A stretch of 64,000 bases of DNA from Candidatus Bathyarchaeia archaeon (GCA_035529595.1 DATKWK010000035.1:317904-381903), one strand, 5' to 3'; positions 48,555-57,856 are shown, counted from the stretch's first letter. Numbers and translations are program-made. Notes: generated from the letters alone by a model not told the origin.

Positions 48555-49277
48555 TCACAGAAAATATTCCCTGGAAAGCATCTTGTTCTTGAGAAAGAAT
48601 AAAAAAGACTGCCAGTGAAGCATGTCAAACCTGAACTGCGACTGATGGGACTTTAACGCCAGCAGTTTTTTTATACTGGCGGCAAGGCCCAGTTTCATAA
48701 TAAATTGAGGCTTACTAGGCTTGACTACCTTTTCGGCCAACTTTATGGCTTGTCGAGGTAAAATATAATTAATAGAAACTGTCGCGTATAGAGTTTTGAC
48801 TGGCGGGTCTGAAACCTCAGAGACAAACTTGCTCAGAGAGATATGGTCAGGGTGTCCGTAAATTCCGTTTGGCTCAAGGGTAATTATGTGCGAGGGTCGG
48901 TATAGGGATATTTCTTTTCTTAAACATGACAGTATTTCTTCTCCCCGATTCTTCAAATTTCCATCGCCGAAATCAAATATTTTCAGATCTTTTATCCCCA
49001 ATATCTTCAAAGCATTTTTCAGCTCGATCGATCTTACTTTACCAAGATCCGCAGACTTATCCAGTCTATAGCGAAGAGAACTTCTTTCACCCCGGCTGAA
49101 AGTCAAAACCCGGGTGGGTATTTTACCTAAAAATAGCTTATATAAAGTACCGCCAATAAAAACTGCTTCGTCATCCGGGTGAGGCATACAAACCAAAATC
49201 CGGCTATTTAAAGAAATACCTAATGAGTAAACATCCTTGACAATCTGCATAAAAAAATTTGTCACAGACACCTTCAA
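48555..49277 (-). CDS. PIG-L/LmbE-family N-acetylglucosaminyl deacetylase.
   Basis: N-terminal VCMPHPDDEAVFIGGT (HPDDE motif). Downstream HPDH pair (GIYGHPDHISL). Confidence 0.75.
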   Translation of the reverse strand: MKVSVTNFFMQIVKDVYSLGISLNSRILVCMPHPDDEAVFIGGTLYKLFLGKIPTRVLTFSRGERSSLRYRLDKSADLGKVRSIELKNALKILGIKDLKIFDFGDGNLKNRGEEILSCLRKEISLYRPSHIITLEPNGIYGHPDHISLSKFVSEVSDPPVKTLYATVSINYILPRQAIKLAEKVVKPSKPQFIMKLGLAASIKKLLALKSHQSQFRFDMLHWQSFLFFLKNKMLSREYFL

Positions 49278-49282
49278 AGTGC
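49266..49282. repeat. A-pal family hairpin (GACACCTTCAAAGTGCC) overlapping the PIG-L start.
   Basis: Same hairpin class as the other A-pal ends. Lies at the 5' end of the gene. Confidence 0.45.
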
Positions 49283-49440
49283 CTTAGGTTTCCTGACGTT
49301 TTTTAAAGTTTTAAACTAGGACTAACAATTTTTAGAATATCTTTCTTTTAATTTTCATAAGCAAAAAGATTTTTGGTAAAAATCACAAGAACCAGGGAAA
49401 GCAGGAAAACCAAGCCGGTTTTTTTGACAGAAAGAGAGAG

Positions 49441-49479
49441 AGTTTTAATTTGGCCACTTTAAGCTGATTTTACCACTTT
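49441..49479. repeat. 41-bp direct repeat, copy 2 (AGTTTTAATTTGGCCACTTTAAGCTGATTTTACCACTTT).
   Basis: See copy 1 at 48444-48484. Confidence 0.6.
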
Positions 49480-49551
49480 GTGGCTTAAAGGGGTATTAAT
49501 TAGGTTTAAAAAATCTTTTTTCTCTCGGACGCTAGGTCTCCTACGCTAAAA

Positions 49552-49863
49552 CTACTGCTTATCCTTCAGGTGATAGGCTTGGCTTAACCACCGAATAAGT
49601 TCTTCATTAATTTCTTCTATTGCCTTTAGATCGATACAGTTCTTAAAGACTTTTGCAGACATGGGCACACAGATTTTTAACCTTGGACTATCTAATTTTT
49701 GATCCAGGGCAAATCTGATTTCCAGCTTATCTTTCTTTGGCAAAGCCGCTAAGAAATCATAGTTACCAAACAAATGGATACAACAGGGAATAGAAATTTT
49801 GTGACAGCTATGAGGCTGTTTTGCTTTTTCAAAAACTCTTCCGCACTTGGAACAGGTCCACAT
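49552..49863 (-). CDS. Hypothetical protein with an N-terminal Cys/His zinc-ribbon-like motif.
   Basis: MWTCSKCGRVFEKAKQPHSCH. Confidence 0.4.
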   Translation of the reverse strand: MWTCSKCGRVFEKAKQPHSCHKISIPCCIHLFGNYDFLAALPKKDKLEIRFALDQKLDSPRLKICVPMSAKVFKNCIDLKAIEEINEELIRWLSQAYHLKDKQ

Positions 49864-49989
49864 ACAGCTATTTTACTTCAAATAATAAAATATTTTTTAT
49901 AGTGCATCTTGAGGGCGCATTACATTAATTAGGTTGAGAAAATCCTTTTCGTGTCACTTACTGGGACAATTCTAGAACCAATTTCTTCA

Positions 49990-50445
49990 TTAGTGAATAC
50001 TTCTCAACCACAAGTTTGCGAAATATATCGTAGCTATTATTGATACCACCGTTACACACTGCCAATAAATCTGGTAAATAAACCAAATCGAATCATTCTT
50101 GAATAATCGATAACCCCTTAATCTTTCTGGGGGATTCCGATTAATTGTCGAGAACTGCTGATTAAACCAATAGCTAGTTTCACCCATACTTCTTACCACC
50201 CAAAAAACAGATAGTATTAAAAGAAATAAGATCCAATCTTTTACTAATAAACAGACGAGAGAAGATAAAAACCAAAAAAGTCCGATAATTACCGCATCAC
50301 CCCAAACAAAGATCCCCAGCCAAGAGAGAAAAGCTGTTTCTCCGAATGAATTTTTCTTTTTAACTGACTCATATAATCCTTTGATAAAAAATATAAAAGA
50401 CAATGCCCCGTAAATCACTATTATTCCCGTTTGTAACATGCTCAC
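49990..50445 (-). CDS. Hypothetical integral membrane protein.
   Basis: 151 aa with about 4 TM helices, Trp/Phe rich. Confidence 0.45.
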   Translation of the reverse strand: MSMLQTGIIVIYGALSFIFFIKGLYESVKKKNSFGETAFLSWLGIFVWGDAVIIGLFWFLSSLVCLLVKDWILFLLILSVFWVVRSMGETSYWFNQQFSTINRNPPERLRGYRLFKNDSIWFIYQIYWQCVTVVSIIATIYFANLWLRSIH

Positions 50446-50569
50446 AAGGTAATTATATCAAAGGTTTGAAAAAATGAATGAGCAGGGTACCTAGATGGAA
50501 TGATTTTAGAATCTGCTCTACTTGACGGACAACGCTCAAATCTATTTTAATTTTTTTACGATACCACCT

Positions 50570-51301
50570 TTAACAACTAATTCCCAATTTCGCGAATGTC
50601 GAGGAAAGTGTCCGTCCCATCAGGTCAAAAAAATCATCGGTCATTTTGTCATCCAGACCGTACTTCCGATACACCCAATCGGCATAGTGATAGTTCATCC
50701 GGTCAACTATTACATAGTCAACCTTTCCCTCAAGGATTTCCGCAAGACCTTCTGCCCCGGGAAGCATCGGTGCGATCATGACATATGTCCTTATCCCAGC
50801 CCGGTGTAATTCATCAAGTGCTCTCACTCTAGCCCTGATTGTAGGAACATCCGGTTCAAATAGTTTCCTGATACTATCATCAGCCGTGGCAATACTAAAA
50901 CCGACTTCAAAATCTTTTCCTTTTTTTAGAATATCGATATCTCGTAGAACTAAAGGAGATTTGGTTTGGATTATGACCGACCAGTTGTTTTGTGCCAGTA
51001 TTTCCAGACATTGGCGCGTAAGTTTATATTTTACCTCTAGCGGCTGGTATGGATCACATACTCCACTGATCCAAACCTTCCCTGGCTTTTTCTTAGTGAT
51101 TTCCAGCCTTAATAGATCGGGGGCATTAACCTTGACATCGACAAATTGACCCCAGGGCTCCCGGTGCCCGGTAAATCTTTTCATAAAACGGGCGTAGCAG
51201 TACGAACAACCATGTTGACAACCCGTATAAGGATTAAGGTCATACTGATAGACCTTCGATACGGATAGAATAGTTTTTGACTGTATTTCTTTTACAATCA
51301 T
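50570..51301 (-). CDS. Radical SAM protein of the SplB/'DNA repair photolyase' (COG1533-like) type.
   Basis: CQHGCSYCYARF (CxxxCxxC embedded in the COG1533-typical ...GC.HGC.YCYAR context) near the N-terminus. Confidence 0.7.
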   Translation of the reverse strand: MIVKEIQSKTILSVSKVYQYDLNPYTGCQHGCSYCYARFMKRFTGHREPWGQFVDVKVNAPDLLRLEITKKKPGKVWISGVCDPYQPLEVKYKLTRQCLEILAQNNWSVIIQTKSPLVLRDIDILKKGKDFEVGFSIATADDSIRKLFEPDVPTIRARVRALDELHRAGIRTYVMIAPMLPGAEGLAEILEGKVDYVIVDRMNYHYADWVYRKYGLDDKMTDDFFDLMGRTLSSTFAKLGISC

Positions 51302-51387
51302 GGCTATATTCTACCAGAAAAGATATTACCCAACAGTCTCTTAATTTTTTGGTGGGGAAAAAACTAAAAGAAATTCTTTTGCTAACT

Positions 51388-52290
51388 TTAACGAAACATT
51401 TCAATCGCTAGGACTGTATCTTTCACATCAAGGTAGGCTATCATACAACCACATCGGCTACAGTCAATTGTTACTTTCTTTTGATCGGGGCTTCCCATCT
51501 GGCAAGGATAAAGCTTTTTACCCTCGAAATTTAAATTTAATCGCGTTTTAAATTTAGCACTGCATTTTTTGATCCATTTGCCGGCCTGTCTTGAACTCAT
51601 CTTTTGCAAAATTCTTTCGCTATTCCAGGGCATAAACTTAGGTCTTTTTAATCTAAGAGTTTTTAATTTGTCAATCACTCTGTCTCTCTCGCTGAAGGTG
51701 AGGCACAAAGTGTCATCTTCACCTTTTTGGGGAGTATAAAAGTCATAGATTACACCCGCTACTTCAGTTTCAGACCATTCCTTATAAAAGTCTTCAATGT
51801 TATCTTTGTTTTCTTTGCTAATAGTCATAAGTATGTATATTTTTAAACCCTTGGCGGCCCCATCCAGGATGTTTTTTTTGATTAAATCATACTGTTTGCC
51901 GTTGAAACCATTGCCTCTGATTTTTTCGTGGTATTTTTTGGTTCCGTCAACTGAAACACCAAAGGTGACATCTTTCCAATCCGGCAAAGGAATGGTTCCG
52001 TTTGTAATTATCATGTTTACAGGAAAGTATTTTTTTCCAATTTTAATTAGATCTTGTCTAAGTAATGGCTCGCCTCCCACATAGGCCATTGATATGGTCC
52101 CTTGTTTAATCAAACTTCTGAACACTTTTATCCATTTGTCTTCTGGCAAGTCTTGGCTTTTAGAGTTTTTCCTGAAGCAATGTAGGCAATTCAGGTTGCA
52201 CTTATTAGTTACTTCCATTCCCACGGATTTTATTTTTCCAAAAGACAAGACAGATAACTTAATAATCTTTAAAAAACTTTTTACTCTCAT
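51388..52290 (-). CDS. Radical SAM enzyme with a C-terminal Cys-rich (SPASM/twitch-like) region.
   Basis: EVTNKCNLNCLHCF (CxxxCxxC). GGEPLL glycine-rich SAM motif. C-terminal C..C..CSRCGC cysteines. Confidence 0.7.
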   Translation of the reverse strand: MRVKSFLKIIKLSVLSFGKIKSVGMEVTNKCNLNCLHCFRKNSKSQDLPEDKWIKVFRSLIKQGTISMAYVGGEPLLRQDLIKIGKKYFPVNMIITNGTIPLPDWKDVTFGVSVDGTKKYHEKIRGNGFNGKQYDLIKKNILDGAAKGLKIYILMTISKENKDNIEDFYKEWSETEVAGVIYDFYTPQKGEDDTLCLTFSERDRVIDKLKTLRLKRPKFMPWNSERILQKMSSRQAGKWIKKCSAKFKTRLNLNFEGKKLYPCQMGSPDQKKVTIDCSRCGCMIAYLDVKDTVLAIEMFR

Positions 52291-52416
52291 ATTTCTAAAA
52301 TATACTAAATTAACTTCAATTGTAATATTAAACTGACTTTTCCAGTGCCGTTTTATTTCTTACCTAGCCTTCGATACTAAATATACCTCAAACCAATCTG
52401 AAGGAAACTCTGATTA

Positions 52417-52452
52417 CCAAGGTGTCAAGGGTGAGACACCTTAAAGGTGTAT
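52417..52452. repeat. A-pal family right-end hairpin (CCAAGGTGTCAAGGGTGAGACACCTTAAAGGTGTAT).
   Basis: Near-identical in form to 38627-38663 (CCAAGGTGTCAAGGGAAAGACACCTTGAAGGTGTT). Confidence 0.55.
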
Positions 52453-52454
52453 TT

Positions 52455-53288
52455 TTAACCAACCCTAAAGCTTTCTAGAAAGTAGTACCACTGAGCAGTT
52501 TCTTGAACATAGGCATCAATCTGCCGCCAATCGGGGCCGATTCCTTTACCTTGGCTTTGATCAACTATCATTCCCATTTGGCTAAATCTTCTTGGATCAG
52601 GAGCAAAAACAGCCTGGCTGATCCCCAATTCATTTTGGTTCCAAGGTTGGGCCGGTAAAATTTTTATCATTAAACAATCAGCAACAAAATCTCTCATCGT
52701 TGACGGCCGGTCATCAATAAAAACCTGCAGATTAAATCGAGTTATCATGCCGAGTTTAAAATCTAAGTCGGTTACCCCCGGAGAGCGAATAATCAGTCTG
52801 TTTTCGTCGACTACCCAATCCAGGCCGAGATTCTTAAACCAGTCTTGAGTTGCCTGGCCAATTCCATATTGGTCGACTCTACCGCTGATAAAGAAAACTT
52901 CATATCCCTGATTTCGCCAGTCGCAAATTACTTCCAGAGCACCCGGGTAAACGACCGCGTTTTGAAAAACATCAGTTCTCTCATAGTAAAGCTGCTTGAG
53001 AAATTCTTTGGCTCCCGGAGTATCGGCAACTAAAGGATGTTTGGCCAGATCCCAATCAAGAGTATCCTCAACCCGAAGATGAACCTCCTCTCCCCTTATT
53101 TGGCTTAGATATTGACTCATAACTGCAAGTGCGTAAGGATGACTATCGGCAAATGTCCCATCCAGGTCAACACCGATTCCTAACCTTCTGATATCCCACT
53201 CCGGAGTCGACCGGCCAGTTCTTTCTATAGCCATAAAAATGAAGTGGTATATCTTCCACTTTTTCCCACTGTAAGACGATTTTACCAC
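52455..53288 (-). CDS. HAD-like 5'(3')-deoxyribonucleotidase-family protein (putative nucleotidase).
   Basis: IGVDLDGTFADSHPY resembles the NT5C-family motif I (DMDGVLAD). 277 aa. Weak overall. Confidence 0.5.
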   Translation of the reverse strand: MVKSSYSGKKWKIYHFIFMAIERTGRSTPEWDIRRLGIGVDLDGTFADSHPYALAVMSQYLSQIRGEEVHLRVEDTLDWDLAKHPLVADTPGAKEFLKQLYYERTDVFQNAVVYPGALEVICDWRNQGYEVFFISGRVDQYGIGQATQDWFKNLGLDWVVDENRLIIRSPGVTDLDFKLGMITRFNLQVFIDDRPSTMRDFVADCLMIKILPAQPWNQNELGISQAVFAPDPRRFSQMGMIVDQSQGKGIGPDWRQIDAYVQETAQWYYFLESFRVG

Positions 53289-54108
53289 TTCCTGTAAAAA
53301 GTACCTCTTGAAGCTATTGAGTAACTCCGCATCATTCTCTGTAAAGGTTTTTGAAACGATAATGAGACTCTTCTTCTATTTCTCTTGCCCGAGAAGAAAA
53401 ACTCTCCCCTCTTTTTTCAAGTAAACCATCTACTTCCTGCTGCGTATATAGCTTTTCCGGCCAAACAGTCACGTTCCCCTTTTGATCATTTAATTTAATA
53501 TCCATATTTATTTTCACCCCTTTTAATTCTCTGAACGAAACCGAAAACTTTATATCATTCGACTAATAAAGAGCGCAAGCAGCGCGCTACCACAAATTAA
53601 GAAGCTTGTTGTTCACGAGAAAGGACTTGCACCAGTTTAACAATTCTCCAAGCCAAAAAAGCGTACACAATAATTGCTACCGTCATTATTATTTCATCCC
53701 CTTTTGTTTTTTTAAATTATCACAGATTTTTTCTTTATTCTCTGCGTTTGTTAATTTGATAACGTGAGTTTAAGGATCAAGCCACTTTAATATCAGGCTT
53801 CTTAATTATTGTTTCTTTGGGTAAATACTTCATTAAAGCCCTTTCTACTAGAAAGGTTAAGCTGCGTCCCTCAACCACAGCTTGTGCTCTGGCGTGTCTT
53901 AATAGGTCCGGATTAAGAAAAAGAGTTACCCGTTGTTTATTGTTATTTATTGTCATAGTTCACATGGTACCACTAGTTAAAGTTATTATCAAGTATCAGT
54001 TTGGAGCTAGCCCACGAGGTCTATAAAAAGATTAATTGGAAAACCGAGTCCATATTTATCGAAACCCAAGAGTTGGATTGTAAAGAATGGGGGAGAAATC
54101 AAGCTTTC

Positions 54109-54450
54109 TTATTTTTCTGTCGGAGTAGCTATCTGTTCTGACTGGAGTATAAACTGCGTAGATAGATCTTTCATTTGGGCAAGTTTGTCTCCATAGCCAA
54201 GAGAAGCCGGACTTATACCTTGTCCTCCTAAAACTGACTCTGCCATTACCGTCGAAACTCCATCTAAATAAGCCATAATAGCCGCTTCGCCGTAGCCTCT
54301 GCTCCGCAGGTCCTGTAAAGATCCGACTATGCCCCCAACATATCCGAATTCAGTTGCATCTCTTTTGCCTTGTTCTCTAAGAGTTATACGAGCTTTTTCA
54401 TCTCGTGTAGCCTGTGAAGTAGAATAGTTATCTTCCCCATTTGTTGCCAT
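54109..54450 (-). CDS. Hypothetical protein.
   Basis: 113-aa ORF with no motif recognised. Confidence 0.4.
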   Translation of the reverse strand: MATNGEDNYSTSQATRDEKARITLREQGKRDATEFGYVGGIVGSLQDLRSRGYGEAAIMAYLDGVSTVMAESVLGGQGISPASLGYGDKLAQMKDLSTQFILQSEQIATPTEK

Positions 54451-54642
54451 TGGATTGATTATATGGTAATTTGTAATCCATTACAAATTTCTTTTATACG
54501 AGGAAAAAACGTAGATTAGCTCAAATTAAAGACCTTTATTTCTATTGACCACCACCTGGTCCATGTTAATGGAATCCGGTCTTTCCAGCATAAAAACAAT
54601 GATTTTGGCAATTTCTGCCGGCTTCCCCAAAAAGGCCAAGCT

Positions 54643-55521
54643 TCAGTCTACCAGTCCTTCAGATTTAAAAATTTCAGGATATACTTGATAAAGCTTGGCA
54701 ATCAGCTCATCAAAATCGCGACAACTCATTATCATCCTGACTACCTGCCGGTTACTCCGGTTCCTGGTTATGTCTTTAACAAATTGGCACATGGAGCTTA
54801 CTAGCTCATCGATCGGATACTCCGTTTTCTTGCCGGTGGCTAAAATTTTCATCAATGAAGGAGAAAAACGGCTGACATCCCGAAAAACCTGTCTCCAAAA
54901 TCCGGGTATCGAATCAACCGTCAATAAATCACCTTCAGGATCAGTCACTTCTCCGATGACTGCGATTAATTCATTCAAAGCCGGGGCATCAGATGTTTTC
55001 CTCTCATATATCAGTGGGTCTGTAGCATGGATTTTTTCATGCCTTTTTATCTGCCTGGGCTCTAAATGACCTCTAATATACTCTGCACAAACGAAAACAA
55101 TTGAAAGCGGCCTCATATCCTCTTCGACATCTAATGCCAGCGTCGTACCTTGAACCAAAGACAGATCAGTCCGACGCAAAAAAGATTGATAATGTCTCTG
55201 CCGGCGAAATTCAAAGACCGGAACTAAAAGACCGCCGTCAGTAATCTGTGAGACCGGCTCGAGGGCAAATTTAGCACCTGCCAGTGATCTTCCAGGAAGA
55301 GCGTATTGTTCACAGAACCGGCTTCTCAACCAACCTTCAAAATTTGGCCGCTGGCTTTCCTGCATCATAAATTCATACCAGCGGCTTGCTCTTGGACTCA
55401 TTTTAACTATTTCTGCGTACGGCGGGGCAATTTCCTGGGGAATTGGTTGCTCGGTTTTCTCTATATCCTCTGCTGCCCCAAAGATTATTCTAGGCCCTAA
55501 CATCTTTATCTCCTTTATCAA
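54643..55521 (-). CDS. Hypothetical protein.
   Basis: 292-aa ORF. Overlaps the upstream NTPase gene by 32 nt (probably co-transcribed). Confidence 0.45.
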   Translation of the reverse strand: MIKEIKMLGPRIIFGAAEDIEKTEQPIPQEIAPPYAEIVKMSPRASRWYEFMMQESQRPNFEGWLRSRFCEQYALPGRSLAGAKFALEPVSQITDGGLLVPVFEFRRQRHYQSFLRRTDLSLVQGTTLALDVEEDMRPLSIVFVCAEYIRGHLEPRQIKRHEKIHATDPLIYERKTSDAPALNELIAVIGEVTDPEGDLLTVDSIPGFWRQVFRDVSRFSPSLMKILATGKKTEYPIDELVSSMCQFVKDITRNRSNRQVVRMIMSCRDFDELIAKLYQVYPEIFKSEGLVD

Positions 55522-56368
55522 TTAAATCTAAAATCACCGACTGGATATGGGAACATTCTCCGACTTTCCCGGCATAATCTTTTCTGCCTTTAAACAGATC
55601 GCAATCACAGTAGAAATTATTATTAACCAAACTTAGTCTGACCAAGTGACTGTCATGCTTTCCAATCACCCGATAGATTTCTTCGTTGGCAGTCTCTTTT
55701 TCAAGAGCGATTTTTTTGTTGATCACATAAAAAAGAGCGTTATTAAACAGCTTCCTGATTTGGATAAATTGGTTTTGAGAAAAATATTGCCTGGTAAGTT
55801 GTAAAAACTTATCTCTCTGAGATAAAGATAATCGGTTTATTTGACTGATACTACGATAAATAAGAAGCAGCAGTTCAGGTAATATTTCCCTATTAGTCTC
55901 GTCAACCTCAATCAAAACCGCCCCAGGGTGTTTTTTAAATTCAATTGACCAAGGCTCGGGATCAAAAACAATCGTTGCCAAGATATTACATTCACTATTA
56001 AGAGTTTCACGAATCGCTTGCATAAATAATTTTGAGAACGACTGCATCCGGCCAATTTCATCAATCAAAATCACTGAATCCGGATCCTGAATGCCTCGTT
56101 TAATTTCCGGAACAACAAAATCATCAATCGCCTTAATGTCAACATGATATTTTCCACCGACTATAAATTCGGATTTAATTTTGTATTTATGGGCAAAGAC
56201 TTTTTCTTTTTTGGCCGAGTTTTCCGCTGAAAAACCAACCCGGTTGTTATCCTCATCCCTTAATTCCCTGGCAACTATTCCATAGATTTTTCCGGTAAAA
56301 CCGCCCCTGAATTTTTGAAGGATAGTGCTTTTGCCGATACCCGGCCGGCCGGTAAGTAAAATTTTCAT
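55490..56368 (-). CDS. THEP1/COG1618-like P-loop NTPase fused to a C-terminal SWIM-type zinc finger.
   Basis: MKILLTGRPGIGKSTIL (Walker A at the extreme N-terminus, as in THEP1 NTPases). Walker B ILIDEIG. C-terminal CDCDLFKGRKDYAGKVGECSHIQS (CxCxnCxH). Confidence 0.65.
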   Translation of the reverse strand: MKILLTGRPGIGKSTILQKFRGGFTGKIYGIVARELRDEDNNRVGFSAENSAKKEKVFAHKYKIKSEFIVGGKYHVDIKAIDDFVVPEIKRGIQDPDSVILIDEIGRMQSFSKLFMQAIRETLNSECNILATIVFDPEPWSIEFKKHPGAVLIEVDETNREILPELLLLIYRSISQINRLSLSQRDKFLQLTRQYFSQNQFIQIRKLFNNALFYVINKKIALEKETANEEIYRVIGKHDSHLVRLSLVNNNFYCDCDLFKGRKDYAGKVGECSHIQSVILDLIDKGDKDVRA

Positions 56369-56416
56369 AATAGGCTGTTGATTGAAGTATGGAAACAGTG
56401 TACAAAAAACTACCGA

Positions 56417-57721
56417 TTAAATCAAACCAACTACCGCCGCTACCTGATAGATTAGATCGTAAACTAAAGCGGAATATTCTGGAGCGTCTACGTCTCCCAG
56501 CATTCCCCCAAGGCCACACTGAGGACTAACCATTAGGCCTCTCATAACTTCTTCAAGAGTCATTCTGGAATCAGGTGGCAGTTTTTCGTTGGTTAAAATT
56601 TTGATAACCTTTTCGACTCTTGCAGCACAAGCTTGAACGAAAGCAGTTCTTAACTCATTATCTTTAAATAAAGTTTTTATTTGGCCATCTCCGCCTATCT
56701 GCTTGATTAGTTCTCTCGTATCGTCAGGATTAGTCGGAACAACTCCAGTCACCAATCTTCCGCCTCTTAAAATGAATGCCTTAAGCGCTGGCTCATTTCC
56801 GGCTGCCAGTTCGGCATTTTTATAAACATCCCAATTCAAAAGGTCAACATATTCCAGAAATTCAGGTACAATAACGTCGCAGACATGAATCATCCGCGAA
56901 TAAGGAAGATAATCGGGATTTGCCCAAAGTAACTCATAAGTATCCAAAGCTGTCCTTAATCTTGGTCCACCCCGTTCTTGGTCTAAATATTTAAAGCAAG
57001 GTTCATCAAAGGAGCAGACAACATTGCAGCCGTATTTCTCAAGAGCTTTAGCCCAAAGTATGGAACGGGCTAAAATTAATAGTGAATGAGTAGCCAAAGC
57101 TTCGTAGCTTCTGACGATTAATTTATCTTCGAATTCGCCCGATTCGTTTTGGACTTTAGAATAGTAAGCAGTATTAATCGGACCGGCTATCTGAATCTTA
57201 ACCGTCCTATTTGTTAAATCAATCCTACCTTGTTCAGCCGCTTCGATTATTATTTGTATCCCTACTGGTAATTCGGCCATTCCAGGACATAAACTGACTA
57301 AAGTGCTTAAGGCTTCATCTCGCATCCTAATACCTTCACTAGGATTACGGGCATATCCACCACCGGCTAGACTAATGCAAGCAGCGTGGATCTGATCGAA
57401 TAATTCTCTTTTTGAATCTGGCACAATGAAGTCGCCTAACCTTGCGCCATCATCCAGGGTAACTTGAAGATCATAACAAGGATCAGCAGGGCTTTCAGAA
57501 TGAAAAGATACAAACGGTAAACCAGCCATTGCTTCAGAATTCATATAATATCGAGGTCCAAGTTGAGGCAGTTGAGGTGCAACGATCATTTGCCCTTTTT
57601 CCATCTGCTTATGGACTGACAGATCAAAGGCTACCCCAAGAATTTCTCCTTGCGTCCCTGGAGGGACAAACAGACTACCAATAAAAGTAACTTTATCTCG
57701 CGCTTCAATACGAGGAGTCAT
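56417..57721 (-). CDS. MetE C-terminal domain/URO-D-superfamily protein (cobalamin-independent methionine-synthase-like Zn methyltransferase).
   Basis: IHVCDV (His-x-Cys Zn ligands) and C-terminal SPQCGLGGM (the PDCGL Cys-ligand motif of MetE-like enzymes). Confidence 0.5.
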   Translation of the reverse strand: MTPRIEARDKVTFIGSLFVPPGTQGEILGVAFDLSVHKQMEKGQMIVAPQLPQLGPRYYMNSEAMAGLPFVSFHSESPADPCYDLQVTLDDGARLGDFIVPDSKRELFDQIHAACISLAGGGYARNPSEGIRMRDEALSTLVSLCPGMAELPVGIQIIIEAAEQGRIDLTNRTVKIQIAGPINTAYYSKVQNESGEFEDKLIVRSYEALATHSLLILARSILWAKALEKYGCNVVCSFDEPCFKYLDQERGGPRLRTALDTYELLWANPDYLPYSRMIHVCDVIVPEFLEYVDLLNWDVYKNAELAAGNEPALKAFILRGGRLVTGVVPTNPDDTRELIKQIGGDGQIKTLFKDNELRTAFVQACAARVEKVIKILTNEKLPPDSRMTLEEVMRGLMVSPQCGLGGMLGDVDAPEYSALVYDLIYQVAAVVGLI

Positions 57722-57856
57722 AAAAACTCAAAAAAACTTAACAAGAATATTATAAGATATTTGTCAAGAAGATATCGGGTAAGTAGAAAATATAAAAAGA
57801 CTACCGGTAAACATGACAAAGATAAAGCACCTGAGAAGTGAAATTACTGCCAACAA

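Noticed and set aside
26100-53300. Possible CRISPR array, given the many short palindromic repeats.
   Set aside because: The repeats are irregularly spaced, from hundreds of bp to several kb, with whole genes between them. They are not a repeat-spacer lattice. No cas1/cas2 genes are present; only an orphan Cas4-like gene.
26100-53300. Calling the region an integron cassette array.
   Set aside because: No intI-type integrase or attI is seen in the window, cassettes are in mixed orientations, and the attC-like core match (GTTAAGT) is short. Kept only as a hypothesis within the repeat finding.
53270-53300. A third copy of the 41-bp direct repeat (shared TTTTACCACTT).
   Set aside because: Only about 10-11 nt match, which is too short to distinguish from chance.
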